Translations under genes and position numbers: made by a program
Shown: in pieces, positions 55,728 to 64,000 of the stretch
How the letters are laid out: the number at the start of each line of letters is the position of its first letter
Numbering within the stretch: the first letter of the stretch is position 1
The notes under the pieces: generated by a model
Databases searched by the model: none
Seen by the model: the letters and a program-made list of their open reading frames with translations, nothing else
Told to the model about the DNA's origin: nothing
From: Eubacteriales bacterium
GTDB taxonomy: Bacteria; Bacillota; Clostridia; Oscillospirales; CAG-272
Length of the DNA stretch: 64,000 nucleotides
Reading direction: 5' to 3'
Assembly: GCA_045587665.1 (NCBI GenBank)
Contig: JAZNCT010000088.1
Span: 13,621-77,620, forward strand

Positions 55728-56999
55728 TTATCTTATTACGTCAACGCCCATGTAGCGGCGGAGTGCCTCCGGAACTGTTACAGAGCCGTCTTCATTCTGG
55801 TAGTTCTCTATTATTGCCGCAACTGTGCGTCCCACAGCAACGCCTGAGCCATTGAGAGTGTGAACCAAACGAGGCTTTTCACCGGGAGCGGGTCTGTATT
55901 TTATATTTGCTCTGCGAGCCTGATAATCTTCAAAATCTGAGCAGGAGCTGATCTCAACATATCTGTCATATGAAGGCATATAAACCTCTATATCATATGT
56001 TTTTGCGCTGGAGAAGCCAAGGTCTCCTGTAGAAAGGCAAACAACTCTGTAAGGCAGTCCAAGCCCGGACAGAACGCGCTCCGCATCGTTGGTGAGTTTT
56101 TCCAATTCTTCATAAGAAGTTTCGGGTGTAGTGAATTTAACAAGCTCTACCTTATTAAACTGATGCTGACGAATGAGTCCTCTTGTATCACGTCCTGCGC
56201 TTCCTGCCTCTGCACGGAAGCAAGCTGAATATGCGCAGTAGCAGATAGGAAGAGATTCTGCATCAAGTATTTCGTCACGGTGCATATTTGTAACAGGCAC
56301 CTCAGCGGTTGGAATAAGGAAGCAATCGTTGTTTGCAACTCTGAAGGCATCCTCTTCAAACTTAGGAAGCTGACCTGTTCCTCTCATAGAATCACGGTTT
56401 ACCATAAATGGGGGGAATATCTCTGTATATCCGTGCTCTGTGTGTGTGTCAAGATAATAGGAAATAACAGCTCTTTCAAGTTTTGCGCCAAGTCCGCGGT
56501 AGAAGTGGAATCTTGGACCTGTTACCTTTGCCGCAGTTTCGGGGTCAAGAATTCCAAGCTCCTTGCCAAGATCCCAATGAGCCTTAGGCTCAAAATCAAA
56601 ACTTCTTACCTCTCCAACTCTGCGAATTTCAACATTATCGCTGTCGTCTGCACCTGTCTGAACGCTTGCGTTTGGAACATTTGGTATCGAGAGCAGAAGA
56701 TCCTTTATACGGGCGTCGATTGCGTCGATCCTGTCGGTATCCTCTTTAACCTTCTCAGAAAGTGCCTTCATCTCCGCAAAAATTGGGGCAACATCCTTTC
56801 CTTCCTTCTTCATAAGAGGAACCTGCTTTGATATCTTGTTCTGCTCAGCCTTTTTTGACTCTGTATCTGCTATAAGAGCTCTGCGTTCTCCGTCAAGAAC
56901 TATAAGCTCATCTATCTCTGCACTGTAGTCCTTTTGTCTTGTTTTAAGTCTTTCTTTAACATATTCTGTGTTTTCTTTAATAAATCTAGTGTCAAGCAT
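55728..56999 (-). CDS. serS: Serine--tRNA ligase
   Basis: [21 protein letters not shown] coiled-coil arm. Class II motifs [25 protein letters not shown] and [18 protein letters not shown]. Confidence 0.96.
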   Translation of the reverse strand: MLDTRFIKENTEYVKERLKTRQKDYSAEIDELIVLDGERRALIADTESKKAEQNKISKQVPLMKKEGKDVAPIFAEMKALSEKVKEDTDRIDAIDARIKDLLLSIPNVPNASVQTGADDSDNVEIRRVGEVRSFDFEPKAHWDLGKELGILDPETAAKVTGPRFHFYRGLGAKLERAVISYYLDTHTEHGYTEIFPPFMVNRDSMRGTGQLPKFEEDAFRVANNDCFLIPTAEVPVTNMHRDEILDAESLPICYCAYSACFRAEAGSAGRDTRGLIRQHQFNKVELVKFTTPETSYEELEKLTNDAERVLSGLGLPYRVVCLSTGDLGFSSAKTYDIEVYMPSYDRYVEISSCSDFEDYQARRANIKYRPAPGEKPRLVHTLNGSGVAVGRTVAAIIENYQNEDGSVTVPEALRRYMGVDVIR

Positions 57000-57027
57000 T
57001 GTTTTTACCTCTCGTTATTTTATATTT

Positions 57028-57933
57028 TTAATTTTCGTCAAAAATTTCGTTTCCGCAGAGCTTTCTGAGTATCTCTTCAAGATCTTCGTTGTCTATATAA
57101 GCAAGCTCAACGGTCTTTTTCTTTGCTTCGCTGTGTATCTTAACTCTTCTTCCGAGAAAGGACATACTTTTTCTCTCAAGCTCTTTAAGATATATGCCCT
57201 TTTGCTCATTTTCTTTTGTGTTTTTTTCTTTTTCGGGTCTTTGGGTTTTATCACTTTCGGCATTGAGACGCTTTACCGAAGCCTCTATTTCTCTAACCGA
57301 AAGTCCCCTCATATATATCTTGTTTGCAAGAGGAATTATATCTCCCGAATTTTTCAGTGAAAGCAGGGTTCTTGCGTGGCCTGTGCTTATCTTTCCGTCT
57401 TTAAGCATTTCCAGTACCTCGTCCGGAAGCTCCAGCAATCGCATCATATTTGTGATCGTCGGTCTGCTCTTTCCAACCTGGGAAGCAACCTGCTCCTGCG
57501 TAAGGTCAAATCTTTCGATAAGATCTCTGTAGGAAAGAGCTTCTTCAAGCGGATTAAGATCCTGCCTTTGAACATTCTCTATTATTGCAACCTGAGCGGC
57601 CCTCAGATCGTTTCCGTCAAAAATAACAACCGGAATTTCATTTAATCCTGCCATTTTGGAAGCTCTCCAGCGTCTTTCGCCGGCAATTATCTCATAAAGC
57701 CCGGGAGCAGCGCTGCTCTCTCTTACAATGATAGGCTGAAGGACTCCGTGCTCTGCAATAGACTGCGCCAAAAGCGCAAGTCCTTCTTCTTCAAAGCTTT
57801 TTCTCGGCTGATTTTTTCTCGGCTCGATCTCTGAAAGGCGGAGAGTTGTTACACTTCCCTTTTTTGTTTCGGTTATGTTATCGTCCAGCAGATCCATAAA
57901 CCCTCTGCCAAGACCCATATTTTTTCTTGCCAT
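57028..57933 (-). CDS. parB: ParB/Spo0J chromosome partitioning protein
   Basis: LRLSEIEPRKNQPRKSF, ParB box II IIAGERRWRASKMAG, HTH LTQEQVASQVGKSRPTITNMMRLL. Confidence 0.92.
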   Translation of the reverse strand: MARKNMGLGRGFMDLLDDNITETKKGSVTTLRLSEIEPRKNQPRKSFEEEGLALLAQSIAEHGVLQPIIVRESSAAPGLYEIIAGERRWRASKMAGLNEIPVVIFDGNDLRAAQVAIIENVQRQDLNPLEEALSYRDLIERFDLTQEQVASQVGKSRPTITNMMRLLELPDEVLEMLKDGKISTGHARTLLSLKNSGDIIPLANKIYMRGLSVREIEASVKRLNAESDKTQRPEKEKNTKENEQKGIYLKELERKSMSFLGRRVKIHSEAKKKTVELAYIDNEDLEEILRKLCGNEIFDEN

Positions 57934-57951
57934 ATAAACACCTTCAAAAAT

Positions 57952-58713
57952 TTATATTCTTTCCATCAGTTCTTTTGCAACCTCAAGATATTCTCCCGCG
58001 CCCTTTGAGACCCTGTCGTGATAATACACGGGCATACCAAAGCCGGGTGCCTCGGAAAGACGGACATTTCTTGATATCGTTGTTTTAAAAAGCTTGTCTG
58101 CATAATGCTTTTTCAGCTCGGAGATCACCTGCATAGAAAGCACCAGTCGTCCGTTATACATGGTTACAAGTATTCCGCAAACAAAAAGCTCGCTGTTATA
58201 TTTTTGTTTTATCTTGCTAATGGTTATCATGAGCTGAGAAAGACCTTCAAGTGCATAAAATTCGCACTGCATCGGAACTATGACACCGTCTGATGCCACA
58301 AGAGCATTGAGAGTCAACATACCAAGAGACGGTGGACAATCTATTATTATGTAGTCATATTCATCCCTCACACAGGAAAGAGCTTCTTTCATGCTTTTTT
58401 CGCCGTTTTCAATCTGAAAAAGGTCGAGCTCACAACCTGCAAGACTGATGTTTGCCGGTATTACAGAAAGATTTTGAAATTTGGTTTTTATAATTGCTTC
58501 TTTTACGTCAACTCCGTCAAGCAATATTTCGGCAGTTGTATTTTTTAGCGATTTTTTCGCTACGCCAACACCGCTTGTGGTGTTTCCCTGAGGGTCAAGA
58601 TCCACAAGCAATACATTTTTTCCAAGTATTCCAAGGGAAGCGGCAACATTGACCGCAGAGGTCGTTTTTCCAACGCCTCCCTTTTGATTTGCAAATGTTA
58701 TTATTTTTCCCAT
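57952..58713 (-). CDS. parA: ParA/Soj chromosome partitioning ATPase
   Basis: Deviant Walker A NQKGGVGKTT, DLDPQGN, IIIDCPPSLG. Confidence 0.93.
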   Translation of the reverse strand: MGKIITFANQKGGVGKTTSAVNVAASLGILGKNVLLVDLDPQGNTTSGVGVAKKSLKNTTAEILLDGVDVKEAIIKTKFQNLSVIPANISLAGCELDLFQIENGEKSMKEALSCVRDEYDYIIIDCPPSLGMLTLNALVASDGVIVPMQCEFYALEGLSQLMITISKIKQKYNSELFVCGILVTMYNGRLVLSMQVISELKKHYADKLFKTTISRNVRLSEAPGFGMPVYYHDRVSKGAGEYLEVAKELMERI

Positions 58714-59019
58714 ATCATTCCTCTATCATAAGAAATAGATCAAAAATTGCTCTTTATATTATATCACTTAATATTTGTTTTTTCAAGGAGTATTTATAAT
58801 TATTAAATATTTATTTTTATTTAAATGAGGTTTTATGAAAAACTTTTCTTCTTTTTTCGTCTAAAGCAAACTTTTAGACTTTATTTTTTTAATATTTTCC
58901 TGAAAATTTCTTTATTCCCCAACAAAGCCAAACATTTATATTTCACTTTTGTCATTTAAAAACAAAAAAATCTCACACAAAAAACGAGCATATCGGCAGA
59001 AAAAATATGTTATGATTAT

Positions 59020-60072
59020 GTGGCAATAAAAAAAGAAAGGAATTCATATAAAATGACGAAAAATTTTGAAGATGTAAAGCCCAAAAATTCTCCATTTTGC
59101 AATAACCAAAACGAAAACGAACTGTTTAAAGATAACGATGTGTGGAGGCCCGATGCAAGATATTTTACAAGAAGGGAGGTAAACAGGCGAAAGGCTGAGG
59201 ATATGCAGCTTGCGGCAAGCTCAAACATTGTAAATATAGATATTTTCCGCATCAGACCAAACCGTTCTCAGCCAAGAGTATATTTCGAATCAAATGCAAC
59301 CATACGGCTAGCCGATTCGATAAGAAGATACGGTATACTTCAGCCTCTGACGGTTCGCATAATCTGCACAGAAAATCCCGTCAGTGAGGAAATTATCTAT
59401 GAAAACAACACATTTTTTGAAATAATCGCAGGCGAAAGAAGATTCAGAGCTGCAAAAATATTGGGGATGAAGAGTGTTCCCTGCATTATTATTTCAGCAG
59501 ATGATAAAAAATCTGCCGAGCTTGCTCTTATTGAAAATCTTCTTAGAGAAGATCTCAATATTTTTGAAACCGCGAGAGCGATAAAAAAGCTTGTTGATGA
59601 TTTTAAGCTTACTCAAGAAGAGGTCGCAAAAAAGCTATCAATGAGCCAATCGGCTGTTGCAAACAAACTGAGACTTTTAAAATATACAGAAAAAGAAGAG
59701 GAAATTATATTAAAAAATCATCTGACAGAAAGGCACGCACGTGCACTGCTAAAGATATCCGATCCAAACGAAAGAATTGATATACTTAAAATAATAATTT
59801 CAGCACATATGAATGTAAGTGCCACCGAAAGCTATGTTGAAAAAATTTTAAATTCAGTTAATACCGAAGAAATCCCCTTACATAGCCGAAAACTTCCTAT
59901 TATAAAGGATATAAGGATTTTTTATAACAGTATCGACAAGGCACTTGATATTGTTAAATCTGCCGGTGTGGAGATTTTTTCAAAAAGAAGAGAAGACGAT
60001 AACGGTGTAACAATAGAAATAAACATTCCAAACCCAAGAAAACAGCACAATGTTTCACGTGAAACTTTCTAA
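59020..60072 (+). CDS. ParB-like / Noc-like nucleoid-associated protein, divergent from parA
   Basis: ParB box II IIAGERRFRAAKILG, HTH LTQEEVAKKLSMSQSAVANKLRLL. The N-terminal ~70 aa are unique. The start is ambiguous (GTG 59020 or ATG 59053, which follows gaaagga). Confidence 0.75.
   Translation: MAIKKERNSYKMTKNFEDVKPKNSPFCNNQNENELFKDNDVWRPDARYFTRREVNRRKAEDMQLAASSNIVNIDIFRIRPNRSQPRVYFESNATIRLADSIRRYGILQPLTVRIICTENPVSEEIIYENNTFFEIIAGERRFRAAKILGMKSVPCIIISADDKKSAELALIENLLREDLNIFETARAIKKLVDDFKLTQEEVAKKLSMSQSAVANKLRLLKYTEKEEEIILKNHLTERHARALLKISDPNERIDILKIIISAHMNVSATESYVEKILNSVNTEEIPLHSRKLPIIKDIRIFYNSIDKALDIVKSAGVEIFSKRREDDNGVTIEINIPNPRKQHNVSRETF
60051..60066. promoter_or_regulatory. parS centromere-like site (15/16 match to TGTTNCACGTGAAACA)
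   Basis: tgtttcacgtgaaact lies within the last codons of the noc-like gene. Confidence 0.75.
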
Positions 60073-60088
60073 AATGTTTTAGAATAAA

Positions 60089-60116
60089 GAAAAACCGCCT
60101 CAAAGCGGTTTTTTCT
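60089..60116. terminator. Bidirectional terminator (noc-like / rsmG) overlapping the rsmG stop codon
   Basis: gaaaaaccgc-ctcaaa-gcggttttttc. Confidence 0.75.
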
Positions 60117-60864
60117 TTATTTGTGAATACTGTCTCGGATACTTTTGCACAGTTTTTTTCACTTTCTTGATTTCTATCAGCGTTCTTTCTGCAATTTTTT
60201 CTTCAGCCGTCTCGTCTTTCAGGTTTAGTTTAATTATATTTTCTGTCTTGCCGCCCAACACTGATATTGCATTTTCAGAAGCCTTTATCTCTTCGTCTGC
60301 CGTTTTTGCTTTTAATGATATAAAACTGCCGCCGACCTTTACAAATGGTAAACACAGTTCACAGAGAACAGGGAGAGATGCAACAGCTCTTGCAGTTGCT
60401 ATATCAAATTTTTCTCTGAGACAAACTTCCTTGTTTTTTTCGCTTACAAAACAGAATTCCTCTGCCCTGCCGCTGATTGCATTTATATTTGAAAGTCCTA
60501 ATTTTTTTGCAGTCTCATTTACATACGCAATTTTTTTTGCAGTGCTGTCTATTGATGTTATTTTAATATCAGGGCGAGCTATAGCAATCGGAAAAGTAGG
60601 AAAACCTCCACCGCATCCTATATCGCAAATGCTTGCGCCTTCCTTTATATCAATGTTTAAAAGAAGGAGTGAATCGGCATAATGACGGGCAATAACCGAA
60701 TCTATATCGGTTATTGCCGTTATATTCATTTTTTCGTTTGTTTCAAGCATTATGCTTGTCAGCAGGTAAAACTTTTCTAAAATATCTTCTTTTAAATATG
60801 CAAAAAGCGAATTTTCACTGAAAATACGCTCGACTTTGCTAAAAAAAATGTCTTTTTCCTTCAT
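60100..60864 (-). CDS. rsmG: 16S rRNA (guanine527-N7)-methyltransferase
   Basis: NITAITDIDSVIARHYADSL, SAM motif ICDIGCGGGFPTFPIAI, ATARAVASL. Confidence 0.9.
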   Translation of the reverse strand: MKEKDIFFSKVERIFSENSLFAYLKEDILEKFYLLTSIMLETNEKMNITAITDIDSVIARHYADSLLLLNIDIKEGASICDIGCGGGFPTFPIAIARPDIKITSIDSTAKKIAYVNETAKKLGLSNINAISGRAEEFCFVSEKNKEVCLREKFDIATARAVASLPVLCELCLPFVKVGGSFISLKAKTADEEIKASENAISVLGGKTENIIKLNLKDETAEEKIAERTLIEIKKVKKTVQKYPRQYSQIKKKPL

Positions 60865-60966
60865 ATTATTATATACCCGTATTTTTATTATACTTTTGTT
60901 TCAAATAGAATTCAATAAATCAATCGAATGTACTTTAAGTGAATTTTTATTTGAAAATAAACAGGC

Positions 60967-62892
60967 TTATTTCAGACCGAGATAAATAAGCAAAACAGAA
61001 ATATCTGCAGGGCTGACCCCACTTATTCTCGATGCCTGACCAATAGTCAGCGGTTTATATTTATCAAGCTTTTGATATGCCTCGATTCTGAGTCCTTTAA
61101 TTTTTGAATAGTCAATGTCTTTTGGAAGTTTTTTTTCTTCAAGAGCCTCGTGTCTTTTTATTTCGGCAAGCTGCTTTTTTATATATCCCTCATATTTTAT
61201 AGAAACCTCAACAGTAGTTTTAACCGCCCTGCTTAGTTCTGTTCTTTTTTCATCAATTATGGAAAGAGACTCATATGTTATGGGCGGACGGCGAATCAGA
61301 TCCGCAAGAGAAACACCTCCGCTCACCGGTGTTTCACCTATTTCTGCAAGAAATTTATTTGCTTTACCGGGAGAAATATGTGTTTTTTCAAGTCTTATGA
61401 TTTCATGTTCGATAATTGACTTTTTCTCCATGAATTTTTCATATTTTTCTTTACTGACAAGGCCTGCTTCAAATCCTATTTCAGTTAGTCTCAGATCTGC
61501 ATTATCCTGCCTCAGGAGAAGTCTGTATTCTGAGCGAGAGGTCATCATTCTATATGGCTCGTTTGTCCCTTTTGTCACCAGGTCATCAACAAGAGTACCA
61601 ATATAAGAGCCGCTTCTCTTTAATATAAGAGGTTCTTTATTTCTGATAGAAAGCGAGGCATTAAGACCTGCAAGAAGTCCCTGTGCGGCAGCCTCCTCAT
61701 ATCCGGAAGTTCCATTGAACTGACCTGCTCCGTAGAGGCCTTTTATATTTTTAAATTCAAGGGTGGGATATAGTTCAAGAGGATCACAGCAATCATATTC
61801 TATTGCATAGGCATATCTCATGACCTGAGCATTTTCAAAGCCCGGAAGAGAGCGCAGCATCTTGATCTGAATATCGGTGGGCATAGAGGTTGAAAATCCC
61901 TGAAGGTACATTTCCTCAGTGTTTTCTCCCATTGGCTCAACAAAAAGCTGGTGTCTTTCTTTATCGGCAAATCTCACAATTTTATCCTCTATTGAAGGAC
62001 AGTATCTTGGACCTGTTCCATGTATCTGACCCGAATACATCGCACTTTTGTTTATATTTTCTTTTATTATTTCGTGTGTTTTATTTGATGTATAAACAAT
62101 ATGACAGGGAATTTGATCTATAACGTCAAGTTCATTTTCTCCCGTTTCGGATGAATAAGGAATTATGGGAGTTTCACCATTTTGTTTTTCAAGCTGAGAA
62201 AAATCTATTGTTGATTTTTTGATCCTTGCAGGGGTTCCGGTTTTAAACCTCATCAGCTTTATTCCGTGTTCGGCAAGAGAAGATGAAAGACCCTTTGCCG
62301 GCAAAAGACCGTCAGGACCGGCTTCATAATTTGTGTGTCCAACAAAGATCCTGCTTTCAAGATATGTGCCCGAACATATTATAACCTTTTCGCACGACCA
62401 AACGTCACCAAGTCTTGTTTTAACACCAATTATCTTTTTCTTATAACTGTCGTCTTTAAAATTGACATTTTCTGTTATGATTTCGGTTATTTCTTCCTGT
62501 ATAAGTCTGAGATTTTCGGTTTTTTCAAGGGTCTGTTTCATAATAGACTGATACTTTTTTCTGTCAGCCTGAATACGTTTTGAATGAACAGCAGCACCCT
62601 TTCCCAAATTAAGTGTTCGGCTCTGGAGAGTTACAAGATCTGCCGCTCTTCCCATTTCTCCGCCAAGAGCATCAATCTCATAAACAAGATGTCCCTTCCC
62701 CGTTCCGCCTATAGAAGGGTTGCAGGGCATATTTCCGATAGAATCAAGAGACATGGTAAAAAGAACGGTATCAACACCCGTTCTTGCGCAGGCAAGAGCC
62801 GCTTCTATTCCTGCGTGACCTGCCCCTATAACAACGGCAGATGCACTCTTCTCATTTATCTCAACTGTAGCAGAAAAGTTTTCTTTTTGCAT
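60967..62892 (-). CDS. mnmG: tRNA uridine 5-carboxymethylaminomethyl modification enzyme
   Basis: FAD motif VVIGAGHAGIEAALACAR, PCNPSIGGTGKGHLVYEIDALGG, GTGPRYCPSIEDK. Confidence 0.96.
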   Translation of the reverse strand: MQKENFSATVEINEKSASAVVIGAGHAGIEAALACARTGVDTVLFTMSLDSIGNMPCNPSIGGTGKGHLVYEIDALGGEMGRAADLVTLQSRTLNLGKGAAVHSKRIQADRKKYQSIMKQTLEKTENLRLIQEEITEIITENVNFKDDSYKKKIIGVKTRLGDVWSCEKVIICSGTYLESRIFVGHTNYEAGPDGLLPAKGLSSSLAEHGIKLMRFKTGTPARIKKSTIDFSQLEKQNGETPIIPYSSETGENELDVIDQIPCHIVYTSNKTHEIIKENINKSAMYSGQIHGTGPRYCPSIEDKIVRFADKERHQLFVEPMGENTEEMYLQGFSTSMPTDIQIKMLRSLPGFENAQVMRYAYAIEYDCCDPLELYPTLEFKNIKGLYGAGQFNGTSGYEEAAAQGLLAGLNASLSIRNKEPLILKRSGSYIGTLVDDLVTKGTNEPYRMMTSRSEYRLLLRQDNADLRLTEIGFEAGLVSKEKYEKFMEKKSIIEHEIIRLEKTHISPGKANKFLAEIGETPVSGGVSLADLIRRPPITYESLSIIDEKRTELSRAVKTTVEVSIKYEGYIKKQLAEIKRHEALEEKKLPKDIDYSKIKGLRIEAYQKLDKYKPLTIGQASRISGVSPADISVLLIYLGLK

Positions 62893-62940
62893 TTTAATAT
62901 TTTTTCACTTTCACTTTTTTTAAAAGACAAATATTGCGCT

Positions 62941-64000
62941 TTATTCTTTATATTTTGAGCTTCCTATATTATCGGCATATGCCTTTGCCGCCTGTTCTGT
63001 TTTATTATCACCAAAACGATAATATATGTTATTTTTTATATCAGAAGGAAGATATTGTTGCTCTACATAATGATTTTTATATTCATGAGGATATTTATAT
63101 CCTTTAAAAACCGGACTCTGCAGATGAGGTGGACATTCTACACCAAAACCTGCATCTATATCTGCCTCTGCCGCCGCCAGAGCCATATATGCAGAATTTG
63201 ATTTTGGTGCTGTTGCAAGCATAAGTGCTGCGTTGATAAGAGGTATTCTCGCCTCAGGAAAACCAAGCTCCATAGCGGATTCACAGCAAGACCTTGTTAC
63301 AACCGCCGCCATAGGATATGCAAGACCTATATCCTCGCTTGCAATGACCTGAAGTCTTCTGCAAAGAGACATAAGCTCACCTGCCTTTACGAGCTTTGCA
63401 ACATAAAAAGCAGTTGCATCAGGGTCGGATCCTCTTATGGATTTTTGGAGACAGGAAAGCAGGTCATAGTGAGTGTCATCATTAAAGCTTCCATTTTTTG
63501 AACAAAAGGAATCAACGGTTTCCCTATCAATATTTTTCTCTGCTGCATAGTATGAATTTTCAAGGACAACTATTGCGTGTCTTACGTCTCCCTGAGTTAT
63601 TTTTGCAATATGTATAAGTGTTTCATCATCGGCAGTTTTGTTTTCATTTTCTGTTTTATTAAGATGCTCCAAAGCTCTTTTAAGAGCAGAAATACATTCT
63701 TCAGCCGAAACAGGCTTAAATTCAAAAAGAGAGGATCTTGAAAGAATAGCGTTATATATGTAAAAATAAGGATTTTCTGTTGTTGAAGCAATGAGAGTTA
63801 TTCTTCCGTCCTCAATATATTCAAGCAAAGACTGCTGCTGTTTTCTGTTAAAATACTGTATTTCATCGAGATAAAGAAGTATACCGCCGCTGCCGAAAAT
63901 ATTGTTTGTCTGTCCTGCAATATCCTTTATATCCTGAAGAGATGCCGTTGTTGCGTTAAGGCGGTGAAACACCATTCCGCTTTTTTCTGCAATAATTGAA
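62941..64000 (-). CDS. rarA: Replication-associated recombination protein A (RarA/MgsA); the N-terminus is cut by the window edge
   Basis: The reading frame stays open to position 64000 (..IIAEKSGMVFHRLNATTASLQDIKDI). Walker B LYLDEIQYFNRKQQQSLL, sensor ITLIASTTENPYF, C-terminal MgsA domain (HYDLLSCLQKSIRGSDPDATAFYVAKL...EDIGLAYP). Confidence 0.85.
   Translation of the reverse strand, partial: SIIAEKSGMVFHRLNATTASLQDIKDIAGQTNNIFGSGGILLYLDEIQYFNRKQQQSLLEYIEDGRITLIASTTENPYFYIYNAILSRSSLFEFKPVSAEECISALKRALEHLNKTENENKTADDETLIHIAKITQGDVRHAIVVLENSYYAAEKNIDRETVDSFCSKNGSFNDDTHYDLLSCLQKSIRGSDPDATAFYVAKLVKAGELMSLCRRLQVIASEDIGLAYPMAAVVTRSCCESAMELGFPEARIPLINAALMLATAPKSNSAYMALAAAEADIDAGFGVECPPHLQSPVFKGYKYPHEYKNHYVEQQYLPSDIKNNIYYRFGDNKTEQAAKAYADNIGSSKYKE

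Noticed and set aside
58714-59019. The AT-rich 300-bp spacer between parA and the noc-like gene, considered as a possible oriC/DUE with DnaA boxes.
   Set aside because: The only weak match to TTATCCACA/TGTGGATAA is tgtggcaat, with 3 mismatches. There is no cluster of boxes and no dnaA or dnaN nearby. Divergent promoters explain it better.
1-64000. A window-wide search for CRISPR arrays, tRNA/rRNA genes, transposases, integrases, phage modules and toxin-antitoxin pairs.
   Set aside because: None was seen. Apart from 35.3-36.07 kb, the intergenic regions are short and are accounted for by promoters, terminators or leaders, and no ORF shows recombinase or transposase motifs. This was a visual scan only; tRNAscan-SE, Infernal and ISfinder searches would be needed for certainty.

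Overview
This 64-kb chromosomal window comes from a moderate-GC Firmicute that looks like a Clostridia member. Supporting signs are T-box and L10 leaders, Mini-RNase III, a CotF-like coat protein, FtsK/SpoIIIE, Soj/Spo0J, a class B sortase with an SPxTG substrate, and consensus sigma-A promoters. The window is densely packed with about 54 mostly housekeeping CDSs separated by A/T-flanked hairpin terminators. The right end looks origin-proximal: rarA-mnmG-rsmG, an inverted noc-like parB, parA-parB-serS, and a near-consensus parS. I saw no tRNA, rRNA, CRISPR array, transposase, integrase or phage gene.

The one region the gene models do not explain is the gene-free gap between ppiB and a half-size TSUP transporter gene. 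It holds a 724-bp nested palindrome (35329-36052). Its two ~280-nt inverted arms share three perfectly conserved 19-20-nt boxes at conserved spacing. The arms also carry four positionally equivalent hairpins whose stems differ between arms only by compensated base-pair changes. A miniature element with the same termini lies at 13511-13591, so this looks like a repeat family of unknown nature: a structured RNA, a foldback/MITE-like DNA element, or an invertible segment.

Secondary items:
- A tightly coupled 4-gene operon: surface lipoprotein with a disordered tail, AraC, GNAT, and radical SAM/SPASM.
- A YhaO/YhaN-like nuclease-ATPase pair coupled to an MBL hydrolase.
- An LCP-SrtB-substrate cassette whose substrate gene has ribosomal-protein-like codon bias.
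- A GldA/F/G-like ABC module plus a DUF4340-like protein.

All family assignments come from reading the translations by eye. No database search was run.
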